A DNA stretch of 32,000 bases, from the NCBI RefSeq assembly GCF_000012905.2, contig NC_007493.2, positions 2,940,001-2,972,000 on the forward strand, in the 5' to 3' direction. This document shows positions 27,011-32,000 of this stretch, piece after piece; positions within the stretch are counted from its first letter, which is position 1; each line of letters opens with the position of its first letter. The notes under the pieces are model-generated. The model ran no database searches. It had not been told where the DNA came from and worked only from the letters and a program-made list of their open reading frames with translations. This DNA is from Cereibacter sphaeroides 2.4.1. GTDB taxonomy: Bacteria; Pseudomonadota; Alphaproteobacteria; Rhodobacterales; Rhodobacteraceae. The translations under genes and the position numbers were made by a program.

Positions 27011-27823
27011 ATGACCCCCATCCTGACCGACCGCCCCGCCCTCGCCCGCCACCGGACCCGCGCCTGCCGCGCGCCGGCGCTGTTCCTGCACGAGGAAGCC
27101 GCGCGCGAGGTCGAGGAGAGACTGAGCGAGGTTAACAGGCGGTTTACGGCCCCCGCCGTCGTCACCGCCTTTCCCGAAGTCTGGCGCGACCGGCTGCCCA
27201 ATGCGCGGATCGTGACGGACGCCGAGGAGCTTGCGCTCGACCCCGGCGCGCACGATCTCGTGATCCACGCGCTCGCGATGCACTGGTCGAACGACCCGGT
27301 GGGCCAGCTGGTCCAGAGCCGGCGGGCGCTCAGGCCGGACGGGCTCTTCCTCGGGCTGCTCTTCGGGGGGCGCACCCTGTCCGAACTGCGCATCGCTCTG
27401 GCCGAGGCCGAGGCCGCCGTGACGGGAGGCCTCTCGCCGCGGGTGCTGCCGATGGCGGAAATCCGGGATCTGGGGGCGCTGCTCCAGCGGGCCGGTTTCG
27501 CGCTTCCGGTGGCGGATTCGCTTGTCCGGGAGGTCCGCTATCGCGATACGCTCCACCTCATGCGCGACCTGCGCGCCATGGGCGAGACCAATGCGCTCGA
27601 GGCGCGCCTGCGCCGGCCCAGCCGCCGCGCGCTCTTTGCCGAGGCCGAAGCGCGCTATCCGCGCAGAGCGGACGACCGGATCGTGGCCAGTTTCGAGATC
27701 ATCTGCCTCACCGGCTGGGCTCCGCACGAGAGCCAGCAGAAGCCGCTCCGGCCCGGATCGGCGGCCCGGAGCCTGGCCGAGGCGCTGGCCGCCGCCCGAA
27801 AGGACGGGCCCGGCGATGGTTGA
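27011..27823 (+). CDS. NDUFAF5-like class I methyltransferase-fold protein
   Basis: It aligns by eye to human NDUFAF5 blocks: LAMHWSNDPVGQLVQSRRALRPDGLFLGLLFGGRTLSELR, GGLSPRVLPMAEIRDLGALLQRAGF, MRDLRAMGETN and TGWAPHESQQKPLRPGSAA. GGAGG lies upstream of the ATG at 27011. Confidence 0.8.
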   Translation: MTPILTDRPALARHRTRACRAPALFLHEEAAREVEERLSEVNRRFTAPAVVTAFPEVWRDRLPNARIVTDAEELALDPGAHDLVIHALAMHWSNDPVGQLVQSRRALRPDGLFLGLLFGGRTLSELRIALAEAEAAVTGGLSPRVLPMAEIRDLGALLQRAGFALPVADSLVREVRYRDTLHLMRDLRAMGETNALEARLRRPSRRALFAEAEARYPRRADDRIVASFEIICLTGWAPHESQQKPLRPGSAARSLAEALAAARKDGPGDG

Positions 27824-27860
27824 CCCCGGTCCATATGCCTTTATGTGTCTGACGGATTGA

Positions 27861-28994
27861 ATGTCTGGAAGCGGAATGACGCCGATGCTGCAAGCGACGC
27901 CCGAGCAGGCGCGAACCCTGGGGGCTGAAGAGCCCATCCGTCCGGGTCAGGACCGGCTCGCCCATGCGCCCGCAGACCATCCGGAGCTGCCGCAGCCCAA
28001 GATCGGCATCCTGCTCGCCAATCTCGGTACGCCGGACAATTACGACTACTGGTCGATGCGACGCTACCTGAACGAGTTCCTCTCGGACAAGCGGGTGATC
28101 GACTATCCCGCCTGGAAATGGCAGCCGCTGCTGCAGATCCTGATCCTGTCCAAGCGCCCCTTCTCGTCGGGCGCCAACTACAAGCTGATCTGGAACCATG
28201 ACAAGGGCGAGAGCCCGCTCATGACGATCACCAAGGACCAGACAGCCGCCATCGCCGCCGAGATCCGCAGTCTCTACGGCAACCGCGTCATGGTCGATTT
28301 CTGCATGCGCTACGGCAACCCCTCCACCGAGAGCCGCGTGCGGGCCATGGTCGAGGCGGGCTGCGAGAAGATCCTCTTCTTCCCGCTCTATCCTCATTAT
28401 GCAGGCGCGACCTCGGCCACGGCGAACGACGAGTTCTTCCGGGCCATGATGAAGGAAAAGCGGCAGCCTGCGGTGCGGACCGTGCCGGAATATTACGACA
28501 ATCCGCTCTACATCGACGCGCTCGCGCAGTCGGTCGAGCGCGCCTATGCCCAGCTCGACCACAGGCCGGACGTGCTGGTGGCCTCTTATCACGGGATGCC
28601 CAAGCGGTATCTGATGGCGGGCGATCCCTACCATTGCCAGTGCGCCAAGACCTCGCGCCTGCTGCGCGAGCGGCTGGGATGGGAGAAGGGCGCGATCGAC
28701 ACCACCTTCCAGTCGGTCTTCGGACCCGAAGAATGGCTCAAGCCATATACGGTCGAGCATGTGGCGGAGCTTGCCCGCGCCGGGAAGAAGCGCATCGCGG
28801 TGATCGCGCCGGCCTTCTCGGCGGACTGCATCGAGACGCTGGAAGAGATCAACGGCGAGATTCGCGAGGCCTTCGAGGAAGCGGGCGGCGAGGAGTTCAC
28901 CTACATCCCCTGCCTGAATGACGACGAGGCGCATATCCGCGCGCTGGTCTCGGTGATCGAGGACAATCTCGCAGGCTGGCTCGCGCGCGGCTGA
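27861..28994 (+). CDS. hemH: Ferrochelatase
   Basis: KIGILLANLGTPDNYDYWSMRRYLNEFLSDKRVI, FFPLYPHYAGATS, SYHGMPKRY and APAFSADCIETLEEI are present. The start could be ATG 27861, 27876 or 27885. Confidence 0.92.
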   Translation: MSGSGMTPMLQATPEQARTLGAEEPIRPGQDRLAHAPADHPELPQPKIGILLANLGTPDNYDYWSMRRYLNEFLSDKRVIDYPAWKWQPLLQILILSKRPFSSGANYKLIWNHDKGESPLMTITKDQTAAIAAEIRSLYGNRVMVDFCMRYGNPSTESRVRAMVEAGCEKILFFPLYPHYAGATSATANDEFFRAMMKEKRQPAVRTVPEYYDNPLYIDALAQSVERAYAQLDHRPDVLVASYHGMPKRYLMAGDPYHCQCAKTSRLLRERLGWEKGAIDTTFQSVFGPEEWLKPYTVEHVAELARAGKKRIAVIAPAFSADCIETLEEINGEIREAFEEAGGEEFTYIPCLNDDEAHIRALVSVIEDNLAGWLARG

Positions 28995-29114
28995 GAGAGG
29001 CCCGAAGGCCCCCGGCGGGCCAAAGCAGACGCGATAGCACGGGATCCGCGGATTAACGGAAGGCTACCGGACCCGGTGGCCTCGCAAGGCCCCAGTAGCC
29101 CCATCAAATGAAGA

Positions 29115-29138
29115 GGGCGGCAGGTTTCCCTGCCGCCC
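29115..29138 (-). terminator. Intrinsic terminator of the 58-aa gene
   Basis: Perfect 10-bp stem gggcggcagg / cctgccgccc with loop tttc. On the minus strand it is followed by TCTTCATTTGAT, and it sits 21 nt after the stop at 29160. Confidence 0.6.
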
Positions 29139-29159
29139 CAAGTCGGGATGTCGTGCAGC

Positions 29160-29336
29160 TCAGTTGGCGGCGACGGCGGCCACGACGACCAGCAGCATCA
29201 GCGGGACCAGGATGCCGCCCGACGAAGCGGTTTCGGCTTCGACGACAGCGGGCTCCATCACGGGCTCGGCCATGCCGCCGGCGAAGGCGGACGTGGCGGC
29301 GATCGAAAGGGCAGCAGCGAGCACAAGTTTCTTCAT
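29160..29336 (-). CDS. Small exported/anchored protein (58 aa), a paralog of the 17952..18182 product. It is too short for the ORF track.
   Basis: My own translation is MKKLVLAAALSIAATSAFAGGMAEPVMEPAVVEAETASSGGILVPLMLLVVVAAVAAN. GGAGG lies 5 nt upstream of the ATG at 29336, and it has its own terminator. It shares MKKL, AFAGG, EP-rich linker, AE(E)T-x-S-x-GG-x-L-x-P and a hydrophobic tail with the 76-aa protein. Confidence 0.55.
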   Translation of the reverse strand: MKKLVLAAALSIAATSAFAGGMAEPVMEPAVVEAETASSGGILVPLMLLVVVAAVAAN

Positions 29337-29407
29337 TTAGACCTCCAGATGTGGCACCCGGTCCGAGTAAACATGAGGCAGACGGGTGGCTCCCAAGATA
29401 TTACCTC

Positions 29408-29422
29408 GTTACTCCGAGTAAC
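29408..29422. promoter_or_regulatory. Perfect 7-1-7 palindrome GTTACTC-C-GAGTAAC upstream of the 58-aa gene, a candidate operator
   Basis: It lies 72 nt upstream of the ATG at 29336 in a lower-GC intergenic region. An extra half-site-like copy CCGAGTAA is at 29363..29370. Confidence 0.25.
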
Positions 29423-29484
29423 CAGCACGCCTTGGGAAAGGCAATCGGGATGCCAGAAGTTCCGTTCACTGTTGCATGGTTACG

Positions 29485-30087
29485 TCAGATGAGCAGCACC
29501 TGTGTCCCCACCTTCGCGAGCGGGAAGAGCTGCTGGATATGCTCATTATAGAGGCCGATGCAGCCGTTCGAGGATTTCCGCCCGATCTTGCGCGTGTCGT
29601 GCGTCCCGTGGATGCGATAATACGTCCAGGAGAGGTAGAGCGCATGGGTGCCGAGCGGATTGTCCGGCGCCCCGCCCGGGACCATGTCCGGCCACTCGGG
29701 GTTGCGCTCCTTCATGGCGGGAGTCGGCCGCCACGGCGGCGCCACCACCTTCTGCACCACCTCGGTCCGGCCGCGGCGGGTCAGATCGTCGGACAGCGGC
29801 ACCGAGGTCGGGAACAGCAGATAGGTCTGCCCGTCCTCGCTCCAGAAGTGCAGAGCCCGCGAGGTGATGTCGACCAGAACCGCACCGTTCCGCAGGTTCG
29901 AGAAGTAGGGCTGCCAGTCCAGCATCCGGAAGCTCGAGACGTTGTTGCGCACCGGGCTCTGGGCCACGGGCATCACGCTCTCGGTCTGTTCCTGCGCACG
30001 CGCCGGCAGCGCCATGGCACCGAGCCCCGCGGCTGCACTCCACAGCAGCGTGCGACGGTCGAGCCTATTCGATTGATCCGCACCCAT
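29485..30087 (-). CDS. L,D-transpeptidase (YkuD domain) with a Tat-type signal peptide
   Basis: MGADQSNRLDRRTLLWSAAAGLGAMALPARA is a twin-arginine motif. The catalytic region is YRIHGTHDTRKIGRKSSNGCIGL. GGAG lies upstream of the ATG at 30087; the track start at 30165 is less likely. Confidence 0.83.
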   Translation of the reverse strand: MGADQSNRLDRRTLLWSAAAGLGAMALPARAQEQTESVMPVAQSPVRNNVSSFRMLDWQPYFSNLRNGAVLVDITSRALHFWSEDGQTYLLFPTSVPLSDDLTRRGRTEVVQKVVAPPWRPTPAMKERNPEWPDMVPGGAPDNPLGTHALYLSWTYYRIHGTHDTRKIGRKSSNGCIGLYNEHIQQLFPLAKVGTQVLLI

Positions 30088-30264
30088 TCCGCTCGTCTCC
30101 TTGATCTTGGTCCCGGACTTCGGACCGAAGCATCCTATCTCTCGCCGCGAGTGGCGACAATTCACGCCCGCGTCAACGTCGAACTGCGCCCTTGAGTTGC
30201 ATTTGAACAGCCTGCGGCCTTTCTGTTATGAGGGCCCCCAGCAATCCTTGTGGGTGGAAGACAC

Positions 30265-30804
30265 ATGAAGACTATCTCCGCGTTCGCCCTCTGTGGCGCC
30301 CTGGTCCTTTCGGCCTGCGCCTCGACGACGCCGATGGCGCTGGGGCCCGACGGAAAGCCGCTGCCGCAGGTCTACAAGATCACGTCCGCTCAGGAGGGTG
30401 AAGTCACCTACCGGCTGCTGGATTCGGTCAATGCGCTGCGCCAGGCGAAGGGGGCGGCTCCGCTCCAGCTCAACTCGCAGCTCACCGCCGCCGCGGCCAC
30501 CCACTCGCGCGACATGTCGGTGCAGAACCGCCCCTGGCACTTCGGGTCGGACGGCTCCTCGCCTCTTCTGCGGGTGCAGCGCGCGGGCTATCAGGGCAAG
30601 CTGAAGGGTGAGCTGATCTCGGAAACCTACCAGACCGAGCTCGAGACGCTGGCCGTCTGGATGGAGCAGAAGGACACGCGCGAGATCGTGCTGGATCCGA
30701 CCGCGACCGACCTCGGCTTCGCCTGGTATCAGGAGCCGCAGGGCAAGATCTGGTGGACCGTCGTGACGGGCAGTTCCGCGCCCATGGCGGTGGCGGGTCT
30801 CTGA
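30265..30804 (+). CDS. CAP/SCP/PR-1-like domain lipoprotein
   Basis: MKTISAFALCGALVLSACAST carries a lipobox. The CAP-domain pattern follows: LLDSVNALRQAKGAAPLQLNSQLTAAAATHSRDM...GELISETY...WMEQKDTREIVLDPTATDLGFAWY. Confidence 0.78.
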   Translation: MKTISAFALCGALVLSACASTTPMALGPDGKPLPQVYKITSAQEGEVTYRLLDSVNALRQAKGAAPLQLNSQLTAAAATHSRDMSVQNRPWHFGSDGSSPLLRVQRAGYQGKLKGELISETYQTELETLAVWMEQKDTREIVLDPTATDLGFAWYQEPQGKIWWTVVTGSSAPMAVAGL

Positions 30805-30813
30805 CCCGCATCT

Positions 30814-30846
30814 GCCGCGCCCCCGGGTTCAATTCAGGGGCGCGGC
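30814..30846. terminator. Hairpin between the convergent CAP-domain and L,D-transpeptidase genes
   Basis: 10-bp inverted repeat gccgcgcccc / ggggcgcggc with a 13-nt loop, in the 49-nt gap between the two stops. Confidence 0.4.
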
Positions 30847-30853
30847 GGGCGCG

Positions 30854-31348
30854 TCAGGGAAGGATGTAGATCGGGGTGCCGAGCCGCACCATCGAATAGA
30901 CTTCCTCGACCTCATCGTCGGTGATTGCGATGCAGCCGGCCGTCCAGTCGCGCCGGTTCGGCCCGTTATATTTGCCGCGACCGTGGATGAAGATGTCGCC
31001 CCCGGGCTTCTTGCCCTCGAGGAAGGCCATCTTCTGATCGAGGACGTTGGGATAGGAGATCCCGAGCGACAGGTGATAGGTCGAGCGCGGGTTCTGGCGA
31101 TCGATGAAATAGACGCCTTCCGGCGTGCGGCCATCGCCCTCGTACTGCTTGTGGCCGGTCGGCTTGAAGCCGAGGCCCACGTCATACTGACGCAGCACCT
31201 TGGAGCCGTTCAGCAGATACATCTTGCGGTCCGCCTTGTGCACCTGAACGCTGGTGACCGGCGGGCCATCGTATTTGCGGATCTTCGAGTCGCCGCAGCC
31301 GGCGAGCCCGAGTGCGAGAACGATCAGGGTTATCTTCAGAAATTTCAT
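30854..31348 (-). CDS. L,D-transpeptidase-family lipoprotein (YkuD/YafK-like)
   Basis: MKFLKITLIVLALGLAGCGD carries a lipobox. Further motifs are GDGRTPEGVYFI and the catalytic IFIHGRG...DWTAGCIAITDDEVEEVY. Start is ATG at 31348, or GTG at 31354. Confidence 0.85.
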   Translation of the reverse strand: MKFLKITLIVLALGLAGCGDSKIRKYDGPPVTSVQVHKADRKMYLLNGSKVLRQYDVGLGFKPTGHKQYEGDGRTPEGVYFIDRQNPRSTYHLSLGISYPNVLDQKMAFLEGKKPGGDIFIHGRGKYNGPNRRDWTAGCIAITDDEVEEVYSMVRLGTPIYILP

Positions 31349-31451
31349 GTTCACTGCCCGACATGTTTTTTATTCCGAGATACCGGGAATCGGCCCGTCT
31401 CGCCAGACAATCTTTGGTCAGCAGGGTTAATTCGGCGCGAACAGGCCCGGG

Positions 31452-32000
31452 TCAGACGGGGCGGCTGAAGCGCGCGGCAAGCTCGACATGCGACGACCAG
31501 CGGAACTGGTCGACGACCTGCACCCAGTCGAGCCGGTAGCCGCCGCGCACCAGGATCAGCGCGTCGCGGGCGAAGGTCACGGGGTTGCAGGAGACGAAGG
31601 CCACGACCGGCACCGCGGCGCGGGCGAGCGCCCGGGTCTGAGCCTCGGCTCCGGCGCGTGGCGGATCGATCACCACGGCCTCGGTCTTGCGGAGCTCGTC
31701 GGGCTCGAGCGGGCGGCGGAACAGGTCGCGCGTTTCCACCGTCACCCGCTTCAGCCCCGGCGCCTGCCGCCAGCCGCGGTCGAGCGCCGCCATCATCGCC
31801 GCATCGCCCTCGACGGCATGGACCTCGGCCCCGGCTGCGAGCGGCAGGCTGAAGGTGCCCGCACCGCCAAAAAGATCCGTCACCGTTCGCGCTTCGCCGA
31901 TGGCATCGCGCACGGCAGAAAGCAGCGCCGCCTCGCCCTCGGCCGTCGCCTGCAGGAAGGCGCTCGGCGGCGGAACCACACGCGCCGGCCCGAAGGCCTG
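31452..32000 (-). CDS. Class I SAM-dependent RNA (uracil-5-)-methyltransferase, RlmD/TrmA family. Only the C-terminal domain is present; the 5' end is beyond the window.
   Basis: ...PPSAFLQATAEGEAALL...TDLFGGAGTFSLPLA...VIDPPRAGA...VAFVSCNPVTFARD...SSHVELAARFSR. The frame stays open to position 32000. Confidence 0.8.
   Translation of the reverse strand, partial: QAFGPARVVPPPSAFLQATAEGEAALLSAVRDAIGEARTVTDLFGGAGTFSLPLAAGAEVHAVEGDAAMMAALDRGWRQAPGLKRVTVETRDLFRRPLEPDELRKTEAVVIDPPRAGAEAQTRALARAAVPVVAFVSCNPVTFARDALILVRGGYRLDWVQVVDQFRWSSHVELAARFSRPV

Noticed and set aside
31355-31451. attcc/ggaat hairpin next to a T-run (31366..31400), considered as a terminator for the RNA methyltransferase gene
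   Set aside because: On the minus strand, which is the direction of transcription, the hairpin is followed by an A-run rather than a U-run. On the plus strand the T-run precedes the stem. The orientation is wrong for an intrinsic terminator, so this is more likely just the AT-rich promoter region of the downstream L,D-transpeptidase gene.

Overview
This is a high-GC, gene-dense chromosomal segment that looks alphaproteobacterial; protein similarities and gene order suggest Rhodobacteraceae, which is an inference. I support about 29 protein-coding genes. I saw no rRNA, tRNA, CRISPR array, transposase, integrase or phage gene. In order, the window holds: dnaK (3' end cut by the window edge) with a sigma-32-type promoter; pip; ubiG; a tightly coupled xylose operon xylF-H-G-B-A with a divergent ROK-family regulator; tamA-tamB; then 11 co-directional minus-strand genes (26978 down to 17041). 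That run starts with conserved housekeeping genes (comF, grxC, a C-N hydrolase) and continues without a break into an accessory-looking envelope polysaccharide module: MarR, an SDR epimerase/reductase, a PglC-like phosphoglycosyl transferase, a CapD/PglF/WbpM-like 4,6-dehydratase, a YjbH/GfcD-like outer-membrane protein, a YjbF/GfcB lipoprotein, a small YjbE/GfcA-like protein and yihY. After that come an NDUFAF5-like methyltransferase-fold protein, hemH, an unlisted 58-aa paralog of the small YjbE-like protein, two YkuD L,D-transpeptidases flanking a CAP-domain lipoprotein, and the 3' part of an RNA methyltransferase gene. I do not see a hallmark defence or mobile island. The best candidates for something under-described are: (1) the incomplete group-4-capsule-like YjbH/YjbF/YjbE module joined to a three-enzyme sugar-initiation set, with no YjbG/GfcC, Wza/Wzc, Wzx/Wzy or other glycosyltransferase in view; (2) the pair of small paralogous signal-peptide/C-terminal-anchor proteins; (3) an in-frame TAG splitting the C-N hydrolase gene; (4) an NDUFAF5 homolog that appears to lack the glycine-rich SAM-binding motif. 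The many long Arg/Ala/Gly/Pro-rich ORFs antisense to these genes are GC-driven shadow ORFs and are rejected.
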